A stretch of DNA of 64,000 nt. It comes from Bugula neritina. Lineage: Eukaryota > Animalia > Bryozoa. The stretch lies in the NCBI GenBank assembly GCA_964035545.1, contig OZ037769.1:4073929-4137928 (forward strand). The letters run 5' to 3'. A model generated the notes under the pieces. It had not been told where the DNA came from. It saw only the letters and a list, made by a program, of their open reading frames with translations, and searched no databases. Both the position numbers and the translations under genes were made by a program. Of this stretch, positions 50,959-64,000 are shown piece after piece (position 1 is the stretch's first letter; each line of letters opens with the position of its first letter).

Positions 50959-53002
50959 TCTGCTTGATTCCAAGTTCTACCAAATGAATGAAGTCATTTA
51001 TATAGTGATTATGCATATTTGAATTAAATTGCTGTACTAAATGATAAAAAAACTTGGCTTTGATTTAGGTTGAGAGTATTTTGGATGTGCAGATCATATC
51101 AAAGTTTCAAGTTTTATATTTCATTATGAATCACTCTCAAAACATATATAGAAAGAGTGGCCGGTTTTTGTCAATGAGGGGACGAAAACGTGAAGCCAAT
51201 ACCTAAGGCATTTCAATTTGCCTACATACATCATATCTTATAATGCTTTCAAAATTGAATGAAAAGGTTCTTTTGTTTAGAATAATAAGAAGGTATATGT
51301 TTTCCCGATAAGCTTGATATGTGATTGTTGTTATTACCATAGCTACCAAAAAACTTACATAACACTCTTTTCTTGATTCTATAGACTATAAGATTTAATT
51401 TTTTTTCTATACAAAAAAATATACATGTATAATATACCTGCTAACTTACAGAATAATCATATTTTCTCTAATTATATGTAGCTCTTTTGACATCAGAACA
51501 AATAAAACAAACTAACATTATATAGTTGTTCTTATTTTATGTTAGCTGGTATAAAATGTTAATTGCAATGGCTATTCACAATGTGTGGTTTAGCACATAT
51601 AATGTCTAAACACTTAATCTAATATAGTAGAATATATATATATATATATGCTATTATGTTAGTTTGTTGTAAAGTATATAGTTTACTGCAGAAATATAAA
51701 TGTTTACAGAAGTAATAAATCTGACCTGTTTAATGCTACACTATATACCTTGTGTTTAGAAATTATATGTGTTTTAAGCTGGCTTTAATTTTTAGTAATT
51801 AGTAATTATTACTTCTTCAAATAAGAGTTTATATGCACCATATATGACATCTCTTTCTGGTTGTATTCACATTTGATGTGTTGTCTTCTAACTCTTCAAC
51901 TTCAGTTCCCCCATCATTTGGGTTTTCAAGAGCGTTCAGTGGTTCTGACATTGTTTTGGTACTGAAATCAAAACTAATCATCAATTTAAAGTCAGCCCAT
52001 ATAATGCACATACAAATATGCATATATGTATGCACGGAAGGATGCATATAAACAAGGTTACTAAAAAAATATTAGAGAAATTCACAGGCTGTCTATTTGT
52101 TTTACCAGCTAAGACTGTGAATTTCTGAAAAAAAAATAATGCACTTCCTTTAACTTCACGTTACAGGAATTCATCAACTGTTTGTTGCCTATAATACAAA
52201 TTTGAGGTGAGATAGAGGGTCTTATTTTTATTCAAATAATTTTTCACTTTTATACTTAGTTTTCTAGTCAGCCTAATATTTTTATATATAATAAAATATA
52301 AATCTTCAAATTGTTTTGGTAGAAAGTAGTCCTGCCTAAACCTTATCACCAAATTTTTACTTTATCTTGACAGCTGGCTGCCTATCTGGTCAATTAAATT
52401 TTTGGTATCATAATCTAAACATACGGAAAAAAATGAAATCAAACTTTAACATCTTGCTTGATATCATTATTTTTCTTGTAAGAAACTGGCAGTTATAATG
52501 CTCAAATAGTATAATGCAAGACCTTAAGTGCTTGTTAAATTCAAACTGTGTTTTAATTCTTGGGAAAAAAAATCTAGATTATTTACTTTATAATACCTAT
52601 ACTTGGTCATCATAACAGTTGATGTATATAAGTCAAAAAACTTATATTGCCAAAAGTAACACATAATTATTATCAGACACTTGCTCTTGACTCTATAGCA
52701 GCACTGCGGTGACTACGTGTGGTCTGATATCTATAATTATACAATACTGACACTATACTCATAACCTCTGTCTGCAAGCCATGAACTGCTAAAGATAAGA
52801 GACTAATAAAATGGATTTTAAAATTACCTCATTTTTTTCCATTTCTCTCCTTAACTTCCTGATTCCAAATGGTTGGAAATTCCCTGAGTAGCCTCACCTT
52901 ATCTTTTATACCTTGATGAGATACTGATATAAGTATTTGAGACTCCCGCTTGCTTCATATGAGTGTGTGGTGTGGGTTTGTTTTGTTTGGTGTGTTAACA
53001 TG

Positions 53003-53197
53003 TTTGTGTGTGCGTATATATATGCATGTGTATAATATATGCATGTGTATATATGCATGTGTATAATATATGCATGTGTATATATGCATGTGTATATTAT
53101 ATGCATGTATATATATGCATGTGTATATATGCATGCATATATTATATGCGTGTGTATTTGCTCGTGTGCGTGCGTGCGTGCATGCGTGTGCGTGCGC

Positions 53198-53255
<58 letters not shown>
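53003..53255. repeat. Compound satellite: (ATATATGCATGTGT)n, (GTGC)n, (GC)n, (GT)n
   Basis: Directly visible; generates five spurious ORFs in the track. Confidence 0.95.
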
Positions 53256-53259
<4 letters not shown>

Positions 53260-54874
53260 GTTTGTGTCTGTGGTCAAGAATCATTCATTGTGCCTGTAGC
53301 GTCGCCACTAATTATAGATGAGTTGTACTGGTGTTGGTTTTCGTAACTTTATTTTTACGTATTCCAACGGCCGTAAGAAACTATAAAAGTAGGTTAATAT
53401 ATACAATTATAATAGGTTTTTTAAAAAAAACAAAAAAATTGTTTATGACATTGTAAAGTATTCAAACATATATGCAGATTTTAGATTAATCACCTCTTGC
53501 CTTCTTTTAGTGGCTAGCTAGGGTGAGTTTGACTCTAGGAAATGACATTGTATAGGTCTACTAAAAATATTAAAGTTTATAATAAAAATGACAACAAATG
53601 ATAACTGCCATAGACAAAGTTAATTAATTATCAGTTAAGACAAGTATTAGTGCATATGTAACATAAACAAAGATTGAACTTGTATTCAAAGTTGACTTGA
53701 ATTAGTAGTTGCAGTGAATTACTGTTATGAGTAAAAGTAAAACTTTAAGCTACAAATTAGGGTTCTATCCTGTGGCAATCTGATCAATAACTGGAGAGCC
53801 TGTCTTAAGAATTCGTAATTTTATGAGAAATCTATTATAAAGTAAACACATAGCCATGAATTTTATCATGCACCAACCACACTGGTATTTCAAACTTGTT
53901 ATTTATGCGATGGAACTTGCATTGCTAGCGCACTACTATTCTACTAACTGTATAGTGTCAACGTCTGCACTGAAACATCCGGGCTGCCAAAACGTAAATC
54001 CACAGCCAATGGGCGAGGGCGTGCTGTTATCCAATTAATGAATTGACAACTATTGCAGTCGTTGCGTTGCGTATATAGTCGAGAATCACGTGATGTGATC
54101 ATCTATTTGAGTAGAACGGTGCGCTAAACGCAACGTTGAATGCTTAATAAACTGTTGGATATTCATTCCATTATGCTGCTTTTACAACTTGAAATAATTA
54201 TGCTATGTGATAACTTTACAGTGCCATCACTGAAGTTCTCTGGGCTATTGCATGAAAATAATTTACTTTATAAATTAATAAATATAATTCTTAATATACA
54301 TATATTAATTATAATGATGCTTTTTTCTACTTTTATAATGTCTAGCATTAGTTTGCATATGGAGTACTAATTATATTATAACCTTTATTTACCAATGAAT
54401 GTTGGAAAATTTCTCCTTATGAATTGGTTTTCACAATCATAAATGCGAATGTTCAACACAATTATTAACTGAGGCCTACTGAGTGTAAGTATATACGTTA
54501 TACGCTTTAAGTTGATGCAATCATTATATCTAATCTATATTTTATGAATTTGCTATTTTGTTTTGTTGCATTACAATTTATTGAAACAGAACCAATAACT
54601 CAACATAAGCATGAAAAGGTTATGACAGATTTTGTTTCCAAAATCCGAAACAGTCTTGAGAAAAGACAATGACGAAAACACATAATAAGCCTTCTATACA
54701 CTGCATATGTATAAGACTATGTTACCAGTCATGCAAGACTAAAATCAGTTCAGATACTATTACAGATTAAATACAGCAGCCTCTATGCTTATGATTAATT
54801 CTAAGTAAAAGTTTTTAGTTTTTGTCCAATCATGTCAAGATCAAGCATCAGGGGTGAGGTAAGGAAACGTCCGT

Positions 54875-57759
54875 TTAGCAAGTAGGCAGTCCTGGATTTA
54901 TTTCTGGGCAGAGAGAACTCAATGCTTGCTGGACTACCAGATGTTGTGCAGCAGCTGCTAGAGGGCATCCTTGGCTCTTGGCCTCATCGTAACAATGGCT
55001 AACTTCTACTCTTCTACTGCTGTTAAAGAGAATAACAAAATACAAATTAGTTCAATATTTACTATGGTAAGTAAACAAGTATATTTATGGGAATGAAGCA
55101 AACAATCTTGCAACTGTTTTTTAGTTCAGCACAATTGCTATATTTTATCAATACATGAAAATAAGTTTATTTGGTAGTGCATGTAATCATAATAGGAGTT
55201 AGGCTGAGTTGTCAAGTTCTATGTAAGATAAACTTACCAGTTGATCATGATAAAGTTATCCTTTTTGGTGACAAGTTGCTGAGCGCACTCTGAGAGTTTA
55301 CCACATTCTACAGAGAGAAACAAACCATGAATAACAATAGCTGTGAAACTCAAAGATGCTGTTGCTATAAAAGATGACAAACGAACTTACAGGCAAATAA
55401 TTTCTTATTAAGGCAGACTGCGCATGCTATACTTTTTGTAGGCTTTTATCGATATTATTTCTACAGAATTTTCAACTGCTGCTTGTGTTTTTATATCAGC
55501 TCAGATTTTAAAATTTAAATATGTAAAAAAACGAAATACTAAAATTTTATGAAACTATTCAATCTACCAATTCTTGTAACAGTTGAAAAGAATGTTTTTG
55601 CGCTCCTTTTAAATTTCAGCAAATTTAGGCAATTATACTCACTAAAATAAGCATATATAAAAATCTATTTAATTTAGAGATTACAATTCAAACAAAACAA
55701 ACATACAAACAAGTAAACAAACTTACTGTCCATAGGGTAGGATATGTTGAATTTTCCACAGAACTGTTCAAACAACAGAGCAGCTTCCAGGGCCTGGGCT
55801 ACTCTCTTGACTGGTTCCTTCACTTCACAGTTTGCAATGGATCCCAGCATCAATGTGCGAGCACTACAGTATATTGCAATTGTAGAATTACATATAACTA
55901 TTTATATTTCTTATATGATTTATACGTATATAACTATTAGTATTATCTATATTTTACATATATAAATATTCATATTGCCTATATAACTATTTATGCTACA
56001 TATATATAACTATTTATAACTATCATAGTTATATGTAATTATTTATATAACTTATATAAGCATTTATAGCACATATATAGTCATATTTATGTTATCTTTA
56101 TTACCTAACTATTCACAACATAAAGTAGATTACAATAAAATTATATAACTATTTATGTTACCTGTATCACATGACCTTATACAAAGCTCTATTCTAACCA
56201 AACTTAGCATTATAAATGCAAAGTACTTTGAAATATTATATATAAAACCTATAGTACAAATCAATATGCTATTACTATCTAAATATAATTTTTGATTGCA
56301 ATCATATAAAATTACCATATATAACTCTTTATCTTAACTAGCTATATTATCAGATATCTCTACAAACCCTGCTGACCTTTACAGCACAATATATACACAT
56401 TATGTAACATGTACTGTCTGCTCACTTACCTAAGGCAGCTTTCACTTGTACGTTTCTCTATCAGTTCGCTAAATTTGCAAAAGTTTCCTGCGACTTTCAT
56501 TTCACACACTACAACATAAGATATACTTTTTATATTATGCAAACAGTTATTACTTTATTTATTTCAATATAAAAATCACTTATCAACATAAACAGATTGC
56601 TAATAGGATAGATTTGCTTTGTGAATTCTCACCATATTTGACAATTAGTAGTCATTTCATTTATGTTGTACATACGGATATTTGTTATTCTTTTTTATAA
56701 ATACATTTTAAATAAAATAGAAGTATTAGAAGTAAGTAAATATTATGCTGAACAGCTATATAAGCAAAGTCAATAGAATTGGTTTTGAGAACAGATCTTT
56801 AATAAATTTGTTTTGCCAACACATAAAACAAGCAAAATATAGATTAGGTAAAAAGCTTTCATTCAAGCTCATATGCAAATTACAATAATATGTTTCAAAA
56901 ATTGATTTTAATATTCTGTTAGTATTTGTGTACATTCTAAAACATATTAAGTTGTAGATAGTAGATAATAGAGCACTCGTATTTTCAACTCATAGTAAAA
57001 CTTACCCTCTGGTTTGGCTGTTGTAGCAGATTGTGCTCCTGAAACAAAACAAAATACTTGTTGTAAACAAAGATGAATTGAAAAAATATTAGCAAATGCA
57101 ATTATCAATACTATATGTTGTACGGATTATAGCTATAATGAAAATACACCAACTATGAGTTAATTAGTTAATTCATACAATGTTTATATTTTAGTGACAG
57201 TTTGAGCTATAGATCTCATGTATAGGTAAATAACTAACTGAATTCAAAAAAATTAAAACTCAATTTTGCAAAGAAAATATAATTAAATATGACGGAACAA
57301 ATTTTTAATCAAAATAGTCTTATACATGAAGCTATAAGTAAGATTTACTATATAATATTTAGCTAGAAATTTGATACTGCATCAAATATACTAGACAAAC
57401 AATTTTGTATGGATAAAAACTGGAAAATCTCTGAACTCACCTAAAAGCAGCGTAGCAACACATACACAGATGGATAGGGTGTTCTGTACAGACACTACAA
57501 TATGATATACATGATATGCAATTCTATAAGAAAACTTCTATAAAATAGTTGCTCGTAATAAATATGTATATATATAGCTGAAATTTTGTGTAAACAAATA
57601 GAAAAAAATGTTACTACAGTTTAAAGATTAAAATCTCTTAAAGCTTCAATATTTCAATAATAAAAATATAAGTAATATATCAAAATTATCCAAAAGTATA
57701 CATAATATAAAAATAAAGAATAACTATTAAAGGTGCTTCAGAACTTTATACTTACACAT
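54875..57759 (-). CDS. Secreted 12-cysteine protein, paralogue D (173 aa); exons 57756-57759, 57441-57494, 57006-57038, 56430-56508, 55727-55863, 55238-55307, 54875-55019
   Basis: Spliced product: MLSVQNTLSICMCVATLLLGAQSATTAKPEVCEMKVAGNFCKFSELIEKRTSESCLSARTLMLGSIANCEVKEPVKRVAQALEAALLFEQFCGKFNISYPMDKCGKLSECAQQLVTKKDNFIMINCSRRVEVSHCYDEAKSQGCPLAAAAQHLVVQQALSSLCPEINPGLPTC*. None of these exons appears in the ORF track in the coding frame. Confidence 0.87.
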
Positions 57760-57865
57760 TTTGAAGATGAAAGTAATAAGGTAAGTAGAAGTAGATAGTA
57801 TATATGATACTACAATATTTGTATCTCTCACTGATATGGTTTGATCAAGTCATTAAAAGTTACCA

Positions 57866-57902
57866 GCTTTTATAGTTTATGCAGCTGAATATTGACCAAT
57901 CG
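57866..57902 (-). promoter_or_regulatory. Core promoter of gene D (GATTGGTCA + TATA)
   Basis: On the minus strand: GATTGGTCA (57893-57901), then TATAAAAG (~57867-57874); same spacing as gene C. Confidence 0.55.
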
Positions 57903-58439
57903 AATTCGTACACATATTGTTACCCTTATAATATTTATATTACACAGCAACGTGCAAAAGCCTACATGTAGTGTGTTGTAGCCATAATTGAACAGCATGT
58001 TTACGAATGGGCATATAAACTAAATAATTACATAGCTTTACCTTTTGTTTTTCTGTAAGATGCAAAACCACAGTTACATGTAATTTACCACACGTTCTCA
58101 AAGACATTGAAAATTATTGTAGTTGAGTTTCACTCAATCTGATTCTTGTGTATAATTTACCATTGAACTTGACTATACAATTGTATGCAAGTGTCATGTA
58201 AAAAAGGTGATTTGAATATCTTTTATGTATTTAAAAGAAACCTCATGCAGCTGTGATTTCTAGACACATCCTAATTGATAATTAATATGCCACATAAACT
58301 ATTTTGTAAAGCTATAAACGTCTTCATTGTTTTTAATATTATAGTATCTGAACATGAATATTTAAGAATTGTTATATATACAAGAAATCTGAGTGTTTTT
58401 GTGCGTATAAATTACAAAACTACCACACACATTGACACA

Positions 58440-58560
<121 letters not shown>

Positions 58561-61500
58561 TTAGATATTAATTTTTTTCTACAACTATTTGGTTTTAAGG
58601 TTTGTATATCACATTGTTTACTTTTTTGTTATCGAGTGGCAATATCTATAAAAAACAACTATAGCATTTTCTCAGCATACTTTTTGTCATATATATATTA
58701 TAATTATAATTCACTTAAGAAAATTTTAAGTGCAATTCGGGTTTTAATTTTAAATTATGAAATTGAAGCTAAAAAATTATATTCGTTATAATATTATTTT
58801 GCTTACATTAAATTATTTCAGCCATAATTAATAAAAGATTCCTATTGCATTTTTTAAACATTATTTCAGTTGAAATTTAAAAAAAACTTACTAGGTTTTT
58901 ATATATTAAACCAATTATAATATACTTATTATGTGAAGAAAAATTCTTTTTTTCAATATCATTTATTTATCAAAATATTAGGATATAGCATTATGCCATT
59001 AAACTACTACTATAATAACAATATAAGCCTAGCTAAACCTAAAACAAGTTAAGTTACATAGACATTAAAAGTTAGTTCTGAAAATCACACAGTACTTCAT
59101 ATATAATTAATTTTGAAATATATGTCCAGTTGGAAACAGTAATTGAGGTGATCTCCTAAAAGAACGAAGCAAAATATAGAAAACAAATATAAAAAATACG
59201 GTTTTGGCTAAGCTACTGTAGTATAGACGTAGCCCATATATTAGAAAATAATCACATGTTATACTAGTGGTTTGTATTATGATGAAATGGCCTGATGCTA
59301 CTTTGTATGGTAATTTAGAGAGTTGCGTAAATCTACAGAGTTCAAAAGTTGCTGGGTGTGACCTTGTTGTAATTGTAGAGGTTATATAATGCTTATTGCA
59401 GAGATTACAACCTAGCTATAATAATAGTTGGGAAATGCTAAATAATATAATAGCTAAATGTTTATTCAAATAATTCTGGGACATGGACAGTTGCAACATC
59501 AAAACAACATTTTTAATTATTAGGTTACTTCTTGCAACTTCATTATAACATTGGAACAAAGATTCACTAAAAATCTAATTAGATTTTTGACTTCTTACTC
59601 AAATTGATGAATAATGAACTCAAAGACTAAAATTTAAATTTGGGTACATTTAGTATGTTATATAATAGTAACACAGTTATGTAATATTTAAAGGAATAAT
59701 ATGTAATATATATGTCATATGCATGTCCTCAATGTTGCAGTAAAAATTGAAATCTTAATAGAGGCAGATCTTTTTATTTAACAGTTAGCAGAACTAATAT
59801 TAATTGAAAGCAAGCCTGACGTTGTTTTCTTGGGTTATGATAAGTTACTGATATAAATGTTATGTTGCACATCATTAGACAAAGTAAGAGTGCTTTCACA
59901 TAACCTTTCAGATTTCAAAGTAACTGTGGGCCGTTTCAAAAGTTGCAGACCTCAAAATTTCTAAAACTCCTATAAATTTTATAAACTGCAGATAATCAAA
60001 TGCAAAGGTGCAAAAGATTACATCAAATCACTTTGTTTCAATCTCCAATAATGCCAAAGGCTTTTAACAAGACAGCTATAAAGTTTTAAAATTACAATGT
60101 TTAAAAAATAATTACATAAAGTCCTGCTCCAGCCGAAAAAACCTGATTAAGCAGTTTTGTAAAAAATCAGTTTTCTAAGTTTATTGAGAGTTTCTAATTC
60201 CTTTTATTAATAAGCAGTTTTATTTTCTTCTGCAAGTAATCACAACTTAGCTACAATGCATATTGCTATAGAACTTTAAACTTCATTTTTGCAAATTTCC
60301 TTGTATATACGTGTCTAATTATTAGAATTTTGTGACTAAAATTTTTGTCTAGAATTGAGCTGGCAACTTCAATTAATGTCGTAAAAGTAGTGCAAGAGCA
60401 TTTGTAAGGCAATCTCTTCTTCATGACTATATATATAATAGGATGTGGGGTGGGGTGTGAACCACTAGCCTCGCCACTAGACAATATGCCGGTTCCTATC
60501 TGAGAGTACATATATTATATATTAATAAATGCTTTTAAATTACTGACCAATAAACAATCTTCCTTACAAAAGTGTTTTAGCTTTTAATCAACTATGGTTG
60601 CTTTGTCCATTGTATACAAGACTGAATATAATTACTTTATAACAATATTGTTGGTTTCAACATGTAATTATGTATATTGCTTAATTTTATTTTAAAACTT
60701 ATCTGTGATATCAGGTTATAAATGTATAGAATTTGCTACAAACTTTATTGCTGAGTACATGACTGATTTTAAAGCACTATATATGCACTAACTATTTAAA
60801 AATTAATATAAATAATTCTAAAAGTGGTTTACTTAGCACCTATATCCATGAACCCTTAACAAAACAATTTATTCCATAGAATGTTCCTTTATTTATTACA
60901 AAATATTTTATTACCATTATTCAAACTAGGAGCAAACTCAGTTAATGAGATGCATCATGTGACGCACAATTAGTTTGAACAATCATGTCCGTCTATATAA
61001 ATGTGAGCTCTCTCAGCAATTCGTTTTGAAGGAGGAGTTTTAGATAGTGTGGAAGAAGACAATTTCAAATTCTACAGTTGAAAAGTTTGTGAGAGAAGAA
61101 GCTGGTAGAGATAGCATATGAAGTTTAAATGCATAACTAATTAGCTATAAGTAAAGTATAGAAAATAAATTATATGATGCAATCAAAACAAATTTAAAAG
61201 CATTTTGACGTGAATTCACACATTTCCCCACATGTTTTTATTGCTTAACATTATTAACTAGATCAAAAAAATTCAATTAAGCTGAATTGTATACATTGCC
61301 TAATTTACAGTGACAGATAATTAATTAGAAGGTCTATTGTAAACATGTAGTGCTAAAAACTCTAGGCCTACTACACTCGGTTTTTGAAAGCTGCTAAAAG
61401 CAAGTTTAATATAAACTTTAGTAGCTATACTTAAACATATAATAACGGCTCTATATATATTAGGAAATTTGATGTTATTTTTGCGGTAGATTTTTCAATA

Positions 61501-63885
61501 TATAGCACAAAACCATGTGTTTGTATAGCCGTTAATTCATACTAGAACAAAAACCAAAATCATATTGCTAATTAGCACAAAATGTATGAGTAGGTAATTC
61601 AATTGAAAAAAATAAAAATGCTTATAAACTATATAACAGCTGCATGCTCTCTGTTGTAATGGATTGTCTATAACACCACTTTTATGGTGGAATACGTATA
61701 ATTTTCATTATACATTTGTAAAAATATACGCATGTGAAATATCGGCATAGAATTTTATAAATTTTTTAATGATGCAATACTTTGCATATATATTATTTAT
61801 AAATATATTCATCAGGTTTTTGGTGTTGAGACTAGAATAATTAACTATAACTGGCATATTGGATACATCTAAGAAAACAGCCAACTCTGTGTATAAATTG
61901 GATAATCAAGCCAGAAAAGTTTTTATTCTAAAGAATTTAGTATAATTCAAAGCTTTATGCATGGCTTACTTTAACATATTCAGAAATTAAGGAATTATAA
62001 AAAATTATTTTCACTTTTCTTTGACAGCTGATAAGGAAGTGCATACGTAGCATTGTTTGACTTTGATATATGATGCCACACAAATCTAATGCATAAGGCT
62101 TGACTAAATCAAAATATGTAAAACTATGCGACTAATGCCAATGTTTGTTTTGTGCTAAAAACCGATTAATTTAAAGCATTTGTTGGCAATATAGCTGCTA
62201 AGCTGCAAAAATTAGTAGTAGAAAAAGCTATGCTGTTAAAATAAAAGCTGTTTCCATTAATAATTAGTAAATATGTAGAATGCCTATTATAGATTTAAAG
62301 GACTTACATAAATAACAGCTATACATGTGTATTAGATTATGTATGACACATGTTCTAAATAACAATATGTATTTAGCTTACATTTGGTGCACTTTGGAAG
62401 TGTGACTACTAAAAACAACATTAGGATTTATAGATTTGTATGAATAAAGCATGGGGCAAGGATATTGAGTTGTAGCATATAGACTTAGAGTTTTAACTAT
62501 GACAATAAATTAATTTATAATATAACTGAAAAGTTGAAATTTTCATCTGCAGTTATACTGATGTACTTAAATTTCAAAACTTATTTTCTCTCTAAGTGAT
62601 TATTTACACTGCATGAAAGTGGTATTTAACGATTGCTATAACCTAGATATACAAAAAAATTAGTGGTATTTCTAAATAGATGGTGTACCGTAGGTTCAAA
62701 TTTTACGTCTTGTTGAAGTTCTTTCTTAGAAAGTTATAAAATTGACCTGTGCTTGCCTTTAATAAAAACTGTTGATTGCTATCTTTGAAAGAAAAAAAAA
62801 TGCAAAAGACAGTTTATGAAATAAGTTGAATATTAGTATAGTTTAGTGAAATATTGTCTGTTTGAGCTTCAAATCAAAGAGTGATAATATTAGAGCAAGA
62901 GAAAAACCTACTTAAAAAGATCACAGTTTTGCCTTTTATCATAGAGCTTAAATAAGTTTGAAATTTGAATTAACACTTGAAATTCAACCAGTTTTATTTG
63001 GCACAAAATTACGTTATGCCATAAATATAGTTCCCATTTCTCAAAAATATTACTATCATAAATCACTTCACACCATAAAGGTTTTTGCTATCAAAGCCAT
63101 GTCTAGCTAATGTATATATAATGGCTAAAAATAGTTTATCTTTATTTGATAGAAATGGAAGTCTAGTGCTTTCAAATGTCTGGTTAGGGTAATAAAGACC
63201 TTGAAGCTTAAACAGGAAGCAGAAATATCTATTTATAGCCTATTTAATTTTTAGGTTGCTTTATACATTTATTACGTACATAAATATAAAATATTATAAC
63301 TTCTGTTTATTCACCCTTTAATCAACCTAGAAAATTGGTAATAAAAATGCTGCAAAAAATTAGTCATTTAATAAAATTCCTTATACTATACTCAAAAAAA
63401 CTTATATTATATATATAGAAGCATTCAAGTGTTAAGAAAGTTATTGTAAATAATAATATTAGTATTGCCTTTAATAAGCTACATTAATGCTACATTAACA
63501 AATAAATGCAGTTTTAAGTATTCATATCAATCTATTTGTTCATGTGCCTCAGGAATGTTCCCTCAACTATACTAATTTGATTTGTGGGATATTCGTGCAT
63601 ACCATACGGCTAATGAGTCAGCAGAAACTTTGCTGTTGAATTAATATGCACCACGTTTGATACATCAAATAGAAATGTGGAAGGCTATTAATCACGATGG
63701 AAGCATAACCTCAGCTATTTATAAATTTTTTATTATAGCAATGCCACCTAAGAATATATCTAGTAATGCTATTGGCTAATACACTTTACTAGATATTAAA
63801 TATAAGCACTGTAGCTTCGACCTCGCTACCATTTTAAGTATAGAAGTGTTAAATATAGCTCAATAAAACCATAGTCTACTTGAAA

Positions 63886-63889
63886 ATGT
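63886..63889 (+). CDS. Probable first coding micro-exon (ATG T|gtaag) of a fifth 12-Cys paralogue continuing beyond the window
   Basis: ttgAAAATGT|GTAAGT matches the ttcAAAATGT|GTAAGT of genes C and D. It is preceded by ATTGGCT (63771) and a TATA-like TAAATATAAG (~63797) at similar distances. Confidence 0.45.
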
Positions 63890-64000
63890 GTAAGTTATTA
63901 TTTTAATTTATGAAAAGCATCTTCTGACTTTTGACCAGCATTCAGTAAAATATATGATCTCTGAAAGGTCAATAATTGAACTATATAGCTACAATATTTA

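Noticed and set aside
52906-53346. Five overlapping ORFs rich in HT/CV/YMH
   Set aside because: Products of compound satellite DNA.
60950-61160. TATATAAA followed by a purine-rich, exon-like segment
   Set aside because: No ATG|gt micro-exon signature, signal-peptide exon or Cys-pattern exons found downstream, so it cannot be called a gene.

Overview
AT-rich, intron-containing animal (most likely invertebrate) genomic DNA with no prokaryotic features. Splicing GT-AG exons by hand gives: (1) the 3' part of an HSDL1-like SDR gene (+, 377-3480); (2) an 11-coding-exon gene (-, 4466-9530, ~688 aa) with a WRKY/FAR1-type zinc finger of the kind found in MULE transposases but no catalytic domain, probably a domesticated transposon DNA-binding protein; (3) a pancreatic-lipase-family gene (+, 12287-17954, ~502 aa); (4) a cluster of four complete paralogues, plus the first exon of a probable fifth, of a small secreted 12-cysteine protein family that I do not recognise. 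These are almost invisible in the ORF track because the exons are tiny. They share a 7-exon structure, an invariant 79-nt exon and a TATA + CCAAT promoter layout; (5) inside that cluster, a ~564-aa gene (-, 36346-40325) with trypsin/chymotrypsin-fold triad motifs but a Cys nucleophile (GDCG). The window also holds two tRNA-derived SINE families, a composite TIR element with a nested GC-rich palindromic insert, perfect palindromes and micro/minisatellites. The strongest novelty candidates are the 12-Cys secreted family and the GDCG protease. All gene models are manual and unconfirmed by RNA data or database search.
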